Assembly: GCA_002269645.1 (NCBI GenBank)
Contig: NIVC01000732.1
Location: 124,001-188,000, forward strand
DNA: 64,000 nt
Direction of reading: 5' to 3'
DNA from: Macrostomum lignano
Lineage: Eukaryota
Part shown: piece after piece, positions 1-12,529 of the stretch
Layout of the letters: the number at the start of each line of letters is the position of its first letter
Numbering within the stretch: the first letter of the stretch is position 1
Made by a program: the position numbers and the translations under genes
Notes under the pieces: model-generated
Database searches by the model: none
The model's input: the letters and a program-made list of their open reading frames with translations, nothing else
Told to the model about the DNA's origin: nothing

Positions 1-87
1 CTCGAAGAGGTCGATGTGCTGCTTCTTGACTCGCAGTTCAAGCCAGCAGGTTGGATGATGTCAAATCGCGAGAACCCTTTGGTGTAA
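1..87 (+). CDS. possible C-terminal exon fragment of an upstream gene (LEEVDVLLLDSQFKPAGWMMSNRENPLV*)
   Basis: Open frame 1 from the window edge to TAA at 85-87, with coding-like composition. The LEEVD motif is loosely like MFS sugar-transporter C-termini but is too short to identify. Confidence 0.25.
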   Translation, partial: LEEVDVLLLDSQFKPAGWMMSNRENPLV

Positions 88-2607
88 GAGATCGATCTGC
101 ACTCTGATAGCTCGAATGTTTTACAGATGTATATTTAACCGTCGATGTGTATACCAGATTCGTCTTAGCTTCGTATTTGCTGGATTCACTTCCGGGTCGG
201 CCCGGCCCCATACCGCGCGAACATTGATGTAGAAATATTGCGATCGAATTAATTTGTGATTCGGCCTACTATAATTTTGAAAGCCGTTGTGAAGAAGAGC
301 CTTTGGTAAATCATAAATGATCGCAAAGCTTGCATTTTCAACCAAACAGGCCTTCATAAAAATTGCACTAACGATTGGGAGTGCAAGGATTGAGCTTCGT
401 AAAAAATAAAGGATTGATGTACATGTAGATGCGCACACATGGGAGCAAAAAAATCTGTTTCTATATATTTTCACAAACTATCTTCAAATTTTTGACAACC
501 TGTTGATTTGAAAAGTTCTGTTTGTACTTTTAGACACAGGCGCACCTGTACACAATAATAGCTCCCGCGTCACTTAATTGCTTGTAAGAAATGCAAATTC
601 GGAAAACGGTCCAATTTTCAAGGATAAACAGACAGTTTTATCCAGCAAGTCAAACATTGGTAACCCCTATAAATGTAAAAGCTTTGAACTACAAATAAAA
701 TAACTTTGGCACCGTAACTTCTGTGCCAAATTGGTTGATGCTTGTATAACTTGTAAATAAACACGCTATTTGTTTAAATTAACTTCAGATTGTCTTTCAC
801 TTCGTTTCGCTTCATACTGGACTTGAAACATTTTAATAAATTAAACACGATTAAGGGGTCGAATATCCAGAAGTTTTAACAACATAAACCAATTTAAAAT
901 AAACAATTTTAATTAAGGAGTTTGCTTGGACCCTCTGCCGTTGAATATATTAAAGCACATGGCCAAATTTTATTTTATTATACTGCAACATTGTGAAATT
1001 TTTTCCAGCGCAATTGAACACGGGTTAGAATTTTACGGATTAGTAATCATATACTCAATTGAAGGTTATGCGAAATTGCCAAAAAATTATTAAGAATTAA
1101 TTAAGAATTGCGAACAGACCTGCACGAGCAGAATTAGCACTAGTTAGCAAATCAGATTGTTCCTTGTGGCATATTTAACAAATTTTGATTCGTTGTAATT
1201 TTACTGAAAATATCCAATAGTTGCGGGCTTACTTTATTTGGTACTTTGAACTGTGGCACGTAAAATTATTTAAACTGATTGATTGGCAAGGGAATATCTC
1301 AGCGCAAAATGATTGATTAATTTGTTGAAAAAATGATTAGAAATGAAATGCTTCTAAATGACTGGATGGCTTTGATATTTGTAGCAGTAAAAACACCTCA
1401 AATCAACCCCTTCCTAATTAAACTGGAGTCGCTAAACAGAGAAATAGCTTCATGGTAACCCTTACAGATTGTCTGAATATTTGAGGATTGCAAATTAAGT
1501 AGGGTGCTGTAGATGGGACTAATAAGTAAGCAGTGGATTAGCAAGTTAGTAGTATTCTCAGCCTATGACACACTATAGGCACCATCTATAGACAACATTC
1601 CTTTTATAAACACAACTTGATAATAAACTAAGCAAATGGACGAAGTCTGGCAAACCTATAGATTCGATACCAACAAAAAATTTAAACAAAATTTGAGTAT
1701 ATAGTTCCTGCAGCAACTAATCCTATTATTATAAATAGTATAGAAATATAAATTCGAATATTGGAAAACGCAAAATAGCAAATCTGACTGACAAATAGTG
1801 TTTACCAAATACTACAGATTCCAATCAAACTGCCAATCAGTGAGCAGGTCATAAACTACTTGTTAATTTAGTAGCTGATGCGCATATTGCGGAAAACTTT
1901 AAATTAAAAAAAATGTTTTTCATTGACTCAATTCTGAGTGGCTAATCTTAGGGATTATCGATAATATTTGGTGTTTACAAGGTCAGTAGCAGATTAACTT
2001 TTGTTCTGAATATATGCACGCAGAAAAATAGCACTTTATATTTAATCAAACAGGCAACAGTTCTTGCTTACTTGATCCGAAATCAAAATTGTAAGGAAAA
2101 AACGGATTGAATCATTTTTCGAAAAAAATATTTGCATATCATACGCACAAGCTACTTATTTAGTAGTGTGTGATTATTTTACAATATAAAAATCTGCAAA
2201 ATTGTAAATACTGGCATAGAAGACGGAGTAGATAGAATAGATAGCACAACTATTTGCAAGTGGAGTTAACACAATGATTTTACTAAGAACTGGTCGAACT
2301 GAAGCGCCATTAGCCATTTTTAGTGTTTGTTTAATTTTAAAACCTAAAAAGTAAACGGCGAAAGTAATTCTACCCAGATGCCTCGTCATCTTATTAGTTA
2401 AATTGTATTAATCAGCAAATGGCACCCAACTTAATTCTAAATTAGCCAGTAAAATCTTACAAAACGGCACAGATTAAATGAAAGGTAGAATGGGCAATCT
2501 ACACAAAAACTGGGATATTTACGACACAAATATTCGTATATAGATGTGCATAGCTCGTATATGCATAAAAAGAGAGCTCAGGCAAATGAAGCATTGGAGA
2601 AACGAAT

Positions 2608-2838
2608 TCAAAGCAACTGACATCGGAACTTGCTGCTGCTGGCTCTGCCCGATTCTTTGCGTCCGTCATTTTTCAATTTGTTTCCAGCGCCCGCGCCGGC
2701 GCCATTAGCGCCGCCGCCGTCGGTCTTTCGATCTAGTTTAACTTTAATATCGCGGGCCATAGCTAAGAATGCTTCTTCAACGTTAATGCCGGATTTGGCT
2801 GAGGTCTCCATGAACCGAAGCTGATGCTCGTTGGCCAA
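2608..2838 (-). CDS. Rab8: Rab8 GTPase, coding exon 4 (last)
   Basis: Follows acceptor taacag. Encodes [15 protein letters not shown] (G5 motif) ... KFRCQLL*, ending in a CaaL prenylation box typical of Rab8. Confidence 0.95.
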   Translation of the reverse strand: MANEHQLRFMETSAKSGINVEEAFLAMARDIKVKLDRKTDGGGANGAGAGAGNKLKNDGRKESGRASSSKFRCQLL

Positions 2839-3045
2839 CTGTTACAATTAGAGCAAATTTTTTTGGTTGCATCATTACGAATTCCCTTATTACTACTTAC
2901 ATGCTACTTATGAGTAGAAAATAGCGAATATGTACAGTAGTCGTCATTAATAGCTTCACAATACATGAACAGTATAATTAAGCTAATTCTGATGACATGA
3001 CGCCACAACTAGTACACCTGATGATATCTACATTGGCACGTCTGC

Positions 3046-3468
3046 ACACACCTGCAGGCAGCGGGCAGCAACTATTAGCACACACCTGCACACACTATTA
3101 GCACACACCTGCAGGCAGCGGGCAGCTACTATTAGCACACACCTGCACACTTAGCACACACCTGCAGACACTATTAGCACTCACCTGCACACACTATTAG
3201 CACTCACCTGCAGACACTATTAGCACTCACCTGCAGACACTATTAGCACTCACCTGCAGACACTATTAGCATACACCTGCAGACACTATTAGCACTCACC
3301 TGCAGACACTATTAGCACTCACCTGCAGACACTATTAGCATACACCTGCAGACACTATTAGCACTCACCTGCAGACACTATTAGCACACACCTGCAGACA
3401 CTATTAGCACACACCTGCACACACTGTTAGCACACACCTGCACACACTATTAGTACACACCTGCACAC
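3046..3468. repeat. 23-bp minisatellite (actattagcacacacctgcagac) in Rab8 intron 3
   Basis: Tandem units directly visible; each carries CACCTG. Confidence 0.9.
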
Positions 3469-3493
3469 CTGATGCCATCTAACCGCAGCTTAC

Positions 3494-3722
3494 CCTCTCG
3501 CCCATCTCTTTGGCAATCATTCGCCGATCGTTCATGTCGCACTTATTAGCCAATAGCATTTTCTCAACGTCAGGATTAGCGTGCTGATTAATATTGCCAA
3601 TCCAGGTGCGAATATTGTCGAACGATTTCGCATTAGTGACGTCATAGACTAGCAAAATGCCCATTGCGCCGCGATAGTAAGCAGTCGTGATGGTACGGAA
3701 TCGTTCTTGGCCGGCTGTGTCC
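3494..3722 (-). CDS. Rab8: Rab8 coding exon 3
   Basis: (W)[34 protein letters not shown]...ANKCD...MGER. Acceptor ttacag, donor gtaagc; 229 nt, phases fit both neighbours. Confidence 0.95.
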
Positions 3723-3807
3723 CTGTAAATTGGATCACATTACAATTGAGTAGGACTATGAAGGCTTGTATGAAGCATTTCTTTTCCTAGTAAGACAGTT
3801 TACTCAC

Positions 3808-3868
3808 CAGATTTGCAGCTTGACTTTCTTGCCATCCAGTTCAATTGTTCGAATTTTAAAGTCGATGC
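3808..3868 (-). CDS. Rab8: Rab8 coding exon 2
   Basis: (G)[19 protein letters not shown](W). Acceptor ttgtag, donor gtgagt; 61 nt. Confidence 0.95.
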
Positions 3869-4135
3869 CTACAAATAGAACATAAATAACAAATTCTATT
3901 TTATTTAAATGGAATAACAACTTTTGTTCTAGAACAGTAAAAGTACATGTACCATTAAGTGCATTGAAATAACTGAAATATTTGATGTCTACACATTTCA
4001 CATTTTATTGAGCTTCATAATAACAGTTCGTGTCATCTTTGAATCTTTCAGTTATTGTCAAATTTTGTTTTAAAAGTCAAATTTGTCAAAAAAGTTGTTA
4101 ATTGTTCAACTGATCCTTGGTCTATTATAATTTAC

Positions 4136-7100
4136 ATTGGCTAGATCACTACGGCACCGCCCTCCGAAAAGCCCAAGACCTGGCTACTTGGCAGACTCCG
4201 AACGGTCGCGAGAAGAAGAGGATGTCGGCTGTGCAGGCGCCAATGGCCAGTCCGACAGCCACTCGTCAGTAAGCGACGCTGAGTGCGGAGGTTTCGTGGA
4301 CACCTCCCCAAATAAAAAAATCCATGCGCGTGAGGCCGATCCATACGTCACAGGTCGAGTAGCGAGTCGTGAAGTCCCTTTCTTGCTAGACAGCGGCAGC
4401 CGGAAAAACTTTCTTGGTTCGTCAACCTGGGCCGTTATTAGACGTCGGATGCCTCATATTATATCGCGTGCTATTCCCGATTGTGTAACTACATTTGTAT
4501 GTACGATAGGACTCAGCTCCCTCTTGCTTGTAAGGTGACCATCCCGGTGGAGTTTGGTGATGTCGTCGCGGAAACCGAATTCCTCGTCACGGTTTCCGAT
4601 TGTGAAAACTTGCTTGGCGTATCGTTTATGCGAGAGCACTGCCAGAACTTGGACTTCGCTCAAGGAATGTTGAAGTTCAACAATGGCGCATGCATCCCTG
4701 TTCGCTATTCGCGTCGTGAGCTTCAGACTTGCCGAGTGTACACCTTCGAGAAGTGCACCCTGCCGCGTAGAAGTTCAGCGCTGCTTGCCGTCAGATTGGA
4801 TGACGGCCACCCTGAGAATCGAGGATCGCCATCAATTGTCGAGCTGGTTAAGTCGAGGCTGCATCCCAGCTGCAACGCTCTAGAAGCAGCGCCTGCTCTG
4901 ATGACGATGCCTGAAGGTCGCGGCTACACTGAGGTCGTCAACACCGCCGACAGCGAGGTGTTCTTGCAAGCCGGCATCCGTGTTGGTGTTGCGATGCCAC
5001 TCCGAACTGCCGACCTGATGTACCTGAGTGAGACGCCTGAACCCGAAGTGCGACATCTCCCAAAGAACTCTGAAGAGTCCAGTGCAGCATGGCTAGATGA
5101 AGTCGAGATCAACAGCGAACTGTCAAAAGAGCAACATCAGCGAGTGCGAGATCTCTTAGTCGAATGTCAAGCGGCCTTCTCCAAGCACCTGCTAGACGCC
5201 GGCCTGACACACCTAAGTCCTTGAGGAGTCCTTGCCGGCCTAAGTCCTTGAGACCACCGCCGAAGCAGACCTCCTTGACAACGCCCAAGACTACAGGTCT
5301 CGGAATCTGGAGACGCCCATGGACCAAGATTTAAAGGCCACCGCGCCAGCAGCCCTTCTGATGACGGCCCACAACGCAACTCCAGGACAGCAACTTAAGT
5401 ACAACCCTTCTGAGCCTTTCGTTGAGATCTCTCGCCATGTTGACAGGGGCCAGAATCTCGCGCCAGCTGCAAGGTCGAAGCTCTGTCCCCCGGGCCGACA
5501 GACAGCTGCTCATCGCCTGGTCGGAAAGTCGAATCCCCTTTGCGACACCGCCCAGTGCAGAAGACTCACCCAGTTTTGACGACGACTGAGCCGACGGCTA
5601 CGGCTGCCTGCGACTAGGCGTGCTTCACGTGTTGCGTCTCGCCCTACAGCCAAGAGTCGCCTGGGCTAGTTAGTGGAGGCATGCGCCCTGCTCCATCTGC
5701 GAAATTTTCTGTCAAGAGAGCGACGATGATCAACGGACGTACGCCGACGTTGTGAGACAAAGTCCCTCCGTGCCCACTGATTTTCTGAAGCTGCCGATGA
5801 CTCGCCTACAGTTCGTTGACGCCCAGCGCGCTGACCGAGCCATCAGCTATGTGCTTAACTTGGTCGAGAATGAAGCCCCAAAGCCGGAGTTCGACGCCCG
5901 GTTGCGACTGACGAAGGAGCAGCGGAACCTGCTCGGATACTACGAAAACCTGCAGGACAACGGCCTGCTGCTGATTAACCTGTCCGATGGCCAGCAGCCG
6001 CCAAAGGTTGTCCTGTCTGAGGCCCTTGACGCCCAGGTGCTCCAGGAGCTCCACAGTTCGCCACTGTGTGGACACCTCGGCGAGACGAAGACGTTACTGC
6101 GGCTACGAGAACGGTTCTGGAGACACGGATTAGCCCGTGCTACCAAGACCTTCATCAGTAAGTGCCGCACCTACCTTGAAAGTAAATCGCGACGGCGAGA
6201 GAGAGTTCCGGTCCAGAGTTTCCCAGTCTGCGAAGTTCTGGGTAGAATCCACTGTGATGTAGTAGGACCAATTGCGCAGAAGAGCAAGAGCGACAACCAC
6301 TACATCCTGACCTTGTGCAATGCGACGTCGAAGTGCCCATTCGCTTACCCGATGAGAAACCAGAAAGCCAAGACAGTCATCAAGCTTCTGCAGGAGCGCT
6401 TTATCCCTGAGTTCAGTGTACCATGCTGGATCCACCGACCAAGGCACCAACTTCACCAGATCAGCCTTTAAGAAGTTCTGCGACTTTTTTGACATCCGGC
6501 ATACAACACCATACAATCCAGCTTCTAACGGGCACACAAAATGAAATGCATTTCAGCGCAGAAATGCACTTGCACCAAAGCAATGGCACTGAGCGCTCCC
6601 CATCAGTGGAGAGCCATCACCGCCACACTCGCCATCAAGCTGACCTTGGCCCACCGATTGGAGTGGATGGAGGCCAGTTTGAATCAGGTGAATGCTGGGG
6701 GTGTCGCACATCCCTCCTTGGCTTAGGCTCAGCATCCGCTCACCCAACCAACCAGCCTTGCCACTGCTAGCAGAGTGGCGCCGGACTTCAAGACCACATA
6801 GACGGCAGCAACCAGGGCACAACCAGACTGCCAATGCCCAGGGATCCCCTCTTTCTTAGCCACAATTCTGCTGCTTGAACTCTCTTGCTTGAACTCCTAC
6901 ATCCCACCATATTTAGGCACTTTAAGCTTATGAGAGGGCTGGTGCCCCCTTCATTAATTTTTTTGGGCAATATTATGGCCTTTGCCTAGCCATGCGTTTT
7001 ACAGTCCATGGCGACTTTTCTCTTTCTTTAGCCTTTGTCCCATTCAGCTGACTTAGGCAACCCCTTTCTCCACGGGCTCTGCAAATATTTAAGTACCCCA

Positions 7101-7735
7101 GCATTTAGGCGCTGCATTCTGGCAGGCAAGTGCCCCGGCCCCCCGCAACTACTTTTTGGGTTTTAATCATAGGCCTGACCCAGCCAATTTATGCAACAAC
7201 TTGCCAAAGTGTGTACCACCTTTTGCCAATCAAAATTTATTTTGCAGTTTACCTTTTTAAATAAAGGCGCACTCTGCCTTCACTCCATCTTTTTAGTTGA
7301 ACAGGGAGAGTGTAGTGAGCCACTAGTTTAATGTTAGATGTCCCCCTTTGTCAGCAGTTTCCTCGCCCTCTCCCTCAACCTAGGTTGCTGTCTGTTGCTG
7401 GTCAGATCCTAGCCCTTCTTGTCTGTCTGTTTGTTGCCCTTTTTCTTGCTCTGCTTGTTTCTTGTGCCTCTGTTCTTAGCCCTCGGCCTCTGCTGTGTGT
7501 GGGCTGTCTCTGTTTTGTTCCCATCTTGGCTTCCTCTGTCATATGAGCAAGTCACATGACAGATCTTGCATTCTTGGAGTCTTAAAGTGCAATAAACATG
7601 TTAACTGCACTTGCTAGTCCTGTTTACAAGGAGAATCATATGCCTAAGGCCCTTTCTTTCTCTAAGGAGAGGAGTGACTCATGTTGCTAAAAATAGGTGG
7701 GATTCAAAGACTTACCCAGCCACCTTGAGACAACC
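4136..7735 (+). mobile_element. degenerate, 5'-truncated Ty3/Gypsy LTR retrotransposon in Rab8 intron 1 (antisense to the host)
   Basis: Aspartic protease motif FLLDSGS (about 4380) followed by a frameshift. Start of RT (LSKEQ..VRDLL..FS...GLTHL, about 5120-5220) but no YxDD/RNase H core seen. Integrase H-H zinc region and core (IHCDVVGP, frameshifted DQG.NF, TTPYNP.SNG) at 5752-6550. Purine tract aacagggagag at 7300-7310 precedes the LTR. Confidence 0.9.
7311..7735 (+). repeat. 3' LTR of the decayed Gypsy element (3' end approximate)
   Basis: Begins TGTAGT immediately after the polypurine tract; AATAAA at about 7591; candidate CA end near 7733. Confidence 0.65.
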
Positions 7736-8559
7736 CCAAGACAACCCTAAGCTTCAATATCATATTTTCATATAATTCAATATAAAAAATTAGGCCTATA
7801 GTTAACCTAAAACTTTTGCCAACAATTTTTTACATACACCTATCACTTTTTAGGACATTAAAAATTATACAATGAAAAACTAGAAAAAGTGTCATCAAGG
7901 TTAACTTTTAGTAAGACGTAGGTAAACAATTATTTAAGTATTTTTGAAAGGCCTATTTTTTTCTTTATCTGTATGCAAAACTATTTTTCTATGCCATTTT
8001 AAATCTGCACATTTCTAGGAAAAACTTTTTGTTTAAATATTAATATTTCTCAAAATTTTTGCTTTTTTGTTTTAAACTAAATGTTCTTTAAACTTTTTGT
8101 TTAAATAGGCTATGTTTTGACTACTATTTTATTAGCTATCTATCTGTTATGCTTTTTTAGCCACCTTAGCTGTCATCTTGCTACATTTTTGTTTTAAATT
8201 TCAGCATAAATAGATGCAATTTTGGACAAGGAGAAGACAACTCAACTTATTTTGAGCTTTGAATCAGCCTTTAGCCTTTACTGGTTAGTTGCAAAAATCA
8301 ATTGAGAGTTCTGAACAAATATTTGTAAAGTGATTCCAACTTAGTACAAGAGATGTACAAAAGTTCTGGCAACTAACTCATAACTTTTTAAATAAACATT
8401 TAAATGCAACCATTTTTATCTCATAAATGTGAGTTTATTTTGTGTTTGTTTTTTGTTCCCTGGAGCATTTTGCCTAAGGTGCAGTCTTATTTTCAGGCTT
8501 TAAATAGAAAATAACACTGCTAATTAATGGAGATTTTATGTTTTCATATAATTCTAGTT

Positions 8560-9480
8560 CAGAGAAAACACTACCAAAATTCATGCCAAGCTAGTCCAAG
8601 TTGTAACAAATCACGCCCATTCATACCACACTGTCGCCTATTGGATTTAATTGATCAATGCTAGTTGACATTCCATGACCCATAGCCCTTTTTCTAAGAG
8701 GCCAATAATATCTAAGACCAAGCAGAACATTACTGCTGTGCGATAGCTAGTGGACAAAGATTGCAATATCATTTTTGCTCTACTTAACCAGACAATTGGC
8801 ATTTCTGATAGTAGTGTCTAAACTATCCTACATGACCATCTTGGCCTCCACAAGTTCATGGCCCATTGGGTGCCTTATTCACTACAGAGCAGAAGCAAGA
8901 GAAGGTTTCATATAGCCAAGAATTTCTGCAATGCTTTAGCAAAAGTGGCACTTAGCAATTTACTAATGTTGTAACTGGTGACAAGAAGTGGTTTTACTAC
9001 TTCCAAGTGGCTCAAAAGAACTAAAAAAAGGTTTGGATTTTTTTTAATAGACTATCCAACTGTTCTGTTCCCTGGGTTTTGCTCATAAAAGCAGACATTT
9101 ATTTGTCTTTTTTAGTATCATGGGCCAGACCAGAGACAGTTGTTATGGTGCCAAATGGATAAAATATTAATGCCATGATCTATATTGGCAAGGTTTTGCT
9201 AAAAGTTGTGGCTTTAGTCATGGAAAAACAGCCAACCCACCTCCAAAATGACAGAATTCTCTTCTACCACAACAATATCTCCAGCCATCCTGCAGCCATG
9301 ACAATGAGCTTTTTGGCCAATAACAAGCTCAAGATGATTATGCATTCTCTATATAGTCCTGACTTGGCACCCCATAACTTCTAGGCCTTTATAAAGCTGA
9401 CTGAACATATGGCTAGATACCATTTTCAGTAATAGTCTTAGTCTTGCAATAGTCTTAGTATTTGCAGTTGAGGGTTATAA
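8560..9480 (+). pseudogene. mariner (DD34D-type) transposase pseudogene
   Basis: Degenerate motifs AHWVPYSL (WVPHEL), VVTGDKKW (TGDEKW), HNN...H (HDNA..H) and YSPDLAP, with several stops and frameshifts. Boundaries approximate. Confidence 0.85.
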
Positions 9481-9559
9481 AAGACAAGGGACAGGGGAAT
9501 AGCCCTATCATAACTTTGGTGATAATGGTGTTATTATTAAAGTAGACGAGAAAAAAATC

Positions 9560-9870
9560 TTTGAAATTTTTTTTTAAAAAGTTGCATTATACAGTGCAAA
9601 GAAACTTTTTTAATAGTGAATAATAGTTTTGGCACACGGTACAAGCAAACTTTTTTGATAATGAATAATAGTTCTGGCACACAGCTCAAGCAAATTTTTT
9701 TGATAATGAATAATAGTTCTGGCACACAGTGCAAGCTAACTTTTGATAATGAATAATAGTTCTAGCACACAGTGCAAGCTAACTTTTTTGATAATGAATA
9801 ATTGTTCTGGCACATAGTGCAAGCAAAATTTTTTGATAGGATTTGTTCTGGCACAGCGCATTCAAACTTT
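9560..9870. repeat. about 44-bp minisatellite (ttttgataatgaataatagttctggcacacagtgcaagc..)
   Basis: About 7 degenerate tandem units visible. Confidence 0.8.
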
Positions 9871-10099
9871 TTGATTATCAAAATTTGATAGGATTCATTC
9901 TAGTGTAGGCATGCTTTGATCCTGACTAAAAGCCATAGTCCGGATCATGCTAGGTACACGCCTGAACAAAAATTGAAAAATTATAAATGCATGCCAAAAA
10001 AATGTTGTGCATGCCCATTTCAAAAATACATCAATATTGCGACAATAAATGACCTTTTTTACATTGTGACAATAAAATACCTTTTTTAAACTGTGTAAT

Positions 10100-11626
10100 G
10101 GGATAGCGACATTTGCCTGCAGGACATTTGCCAGCCGATGTTTGCCTGCGAGACGTTTGCCAGCCGACATTTGCCAGCCAATGTTTGCCAGTGGGATGTT
10201 TGCCAGCCAAAGTTTGCCTGCCAGACGTTTGCCAGCCAATGTTTGCCTGCGGGACATTTGCCAGCTGACATTTGCCAGCCAAAGTTTGCCTGCTGGACGT
10301 TTGCCTGCAGGACGTTTGCCAGCTGACGTTTGCCAGCCAACGTTTGCCTGCTACAAGTTTGCCAGCCAAAATTTGCTAGCCAATTTAAAGCGAGTCAATG
10401 AAAAATTTGATACTGAAATATTCGCAGTTTAGCGGTTTGACAAAAACCGTTTTTACTCCAACTTTTTGACGGTTACTTGCATATATACAAGTTTGAAAGC
10501 AAAATATATAAATTATGCAGTTCATCAGTCTAACGTCTAATATGTAGTTTAACAACGATTTTGGCACAATATATCAAAAGATGAACATTGGGTTTGCCTC
10601 GTATAAAAGCAATAACAATTGTTGTGCTGAAAAGATGAAAACTTCCTATCTCCCTATGGCCTTCAAAACATTTTTCATAGATTTCGAATGCTGCGTACTT
10701 CTACTTTAGTAGTCCTTGGCGTGACTAAGCTTTGCATATATAGTGTCTAGTGCTTGCTTTCCTACTAGCTTGCTATTGGCGGCTTGTCTAGCTATTCAGC
10801 TATATAGCTTACTATAAAAACATACCGCATTCGACTCGTCTACACATGTACGTTGAGATCGTGGTTTCCTGGCTTACTTGAGTAGTAATACAATAGAATT
10901 GGAATCAATTTGCTTACTTTTGGATCTCCCAATGAACTGAGAAATATATGAGCCAGAATTAATGCTCAGCAGCTCTTTTTGTTTGCCTCATAACTTAATC
11001 GCTGGAGATTCCTGTTGTAATCTGCGCGTCTTCTTTTGCACATCAAAAATCAAACATCTCAAACTAGGAAAAACGATACACAATTGTCAAAAGTAAACAA
11101 TATTTTCACATTCAAAGAAAATCGTTGTTAAGCTGGATATTAGATGTAAATCTATATAAATTGCATAATTTATATAGATTTTGCATAAATTGCATAATTT
11201 ATATATTTTGCTTTCAAACTTGTATATATGCGAATAACTGTCAAAAAGTTGGAGTAAAAATGGTTTTTGTCAAACCGCTAAACTGCGAATGTTTCAGTAT
11301 CAAATTTTTTTTACTGACTGGCTTTATATTGGCTAGCAAATTTTGGCTGGCAAACTTCCGGAAGGCAAATGTCGGCTGGCAAATGTCCAGCAGGCAAACA
11401 TCCCACTGGCAAACGTCGGCTGGCAAATGTCGGCTGGCAAATGTTGGCTGGCAAACATTGGCTGGCAAACATCCCACAGGCAAACGTCCAGCAGGCAAAC
11501 TTTGGCTGGCAAACGTCCCGCTGGCAAACGTCAGCTGGCAAACGTCGGCTGGCAAATGTCAGTTGGCAAGCGTCCCGTAGGCAAACATTGGCTAGCAAAC
11601 GTCCTGCAGGCAAATGTCGTAGACTC
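10100..11626. mobile_element. non-autonomous MULE/Mutator-like foldback element with about 470-bp inverted arms
   Basis: 10100-10560 is the reverse complement of about 11105-11626. Arms are built from tttgccagc/tttgcctgc subrepeats plus unique sequence. G...C termini; 9-bp TSD ctgtgtaat (10091-10099) / ttgtgtaat (11627-11635). Confidence 0.85.
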
Positions 11627-12405
11627 TTGTGTAATAGACCCTTATTACCAGATAATTTGGTTGCTTTTTATGCTTTTTCGGCAATACTATTTATAGCAGA
11701 AAATGTATACAGGCAAAGATTTGTTTGATGCTCTTTTACAAGCTTGAAAAAACTAGAAAGCTTGAAATTTGCATTTAAAATGAACTTTTTTCATCTTTTT
11801 TCTACTTTACAATAACTCTTGCACATGATTCTATAAAGTGCACATGCACACTAAGTATATACGCATACTATTTTCTACGCCAACTGTGCATGCCTAATTT
11901 TGGTGTGCAAGGCCAATGCATGCTTGAGTTTTTGGGCATATACTACATGATACAGAGTGTGGACTAAAGGGCATTAGATAGTTTTTTATAGGGTCTATAT
12001 CTTAGACAGACACTTATAGATTTAATCACATTTTAGAAAAAGTCACACAAATCTTTTATCGGCTTTGTATTTTAAAATGAATATGATAAAGTACCGGCAG
12101 CTTTACTTTTGTTTCTAGTTTAACACTTGTTTTTATTCTATTTAATTCATAATTACATTGCAAAGTTAAGCCTATTAATTGGCAAAAAAAACTATACTCC
12201 ATTCAAATTTGCCTTTCATTTGTATATTGGCAATTCCTAGGCCTATAGGCAGGGCCTAACCCTTACTCAAGTCTAGCTAGGCATACTTTGATGTAGAAAA
12301 AAACATCTAAACATCTATAAACATCTTTCTTAGATCAATTGCTAAAAGTTAGTCATCTATTGTTGCATTGATGTTAAAATATTTTTTATTTAATTTTTTA
12401 CTCAC

Positions 12406-12529
12406 CAATTGTTGAAATAAATGTAGGAGAGAAGCTATCTTCAGCAAATCTAATTAATACACTGGTTTTTCCAACTCCACTGTCACCAATCAACAAAAGC
12501 TTGAAAAGATAATCATATGCTTTTGCCAT
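12406..12529 (-). CDS. Rab8: Rab8 coding exon 1
   Basis: [41 protein letters not shown](G), with the P-loop. Donor gtgagt; the phase-1 junction completes Gly with exon 2. This exon is not in the ORF track. Confidence 0.95.

Noticed and set aside
121-2400. ORFs 121-474 and 2174-2389
   Set aside because: AT-rich, no motifs; likely Rab8 3' UTR or intergenic sequence.
3535-3555. Rab8 ANKCD instead of GNKCD as a sign of altered nucleotide binding
   Set aside because: The NKxD G4 residues are intact, and an Ala before NKxD occurs in other small GTPases.
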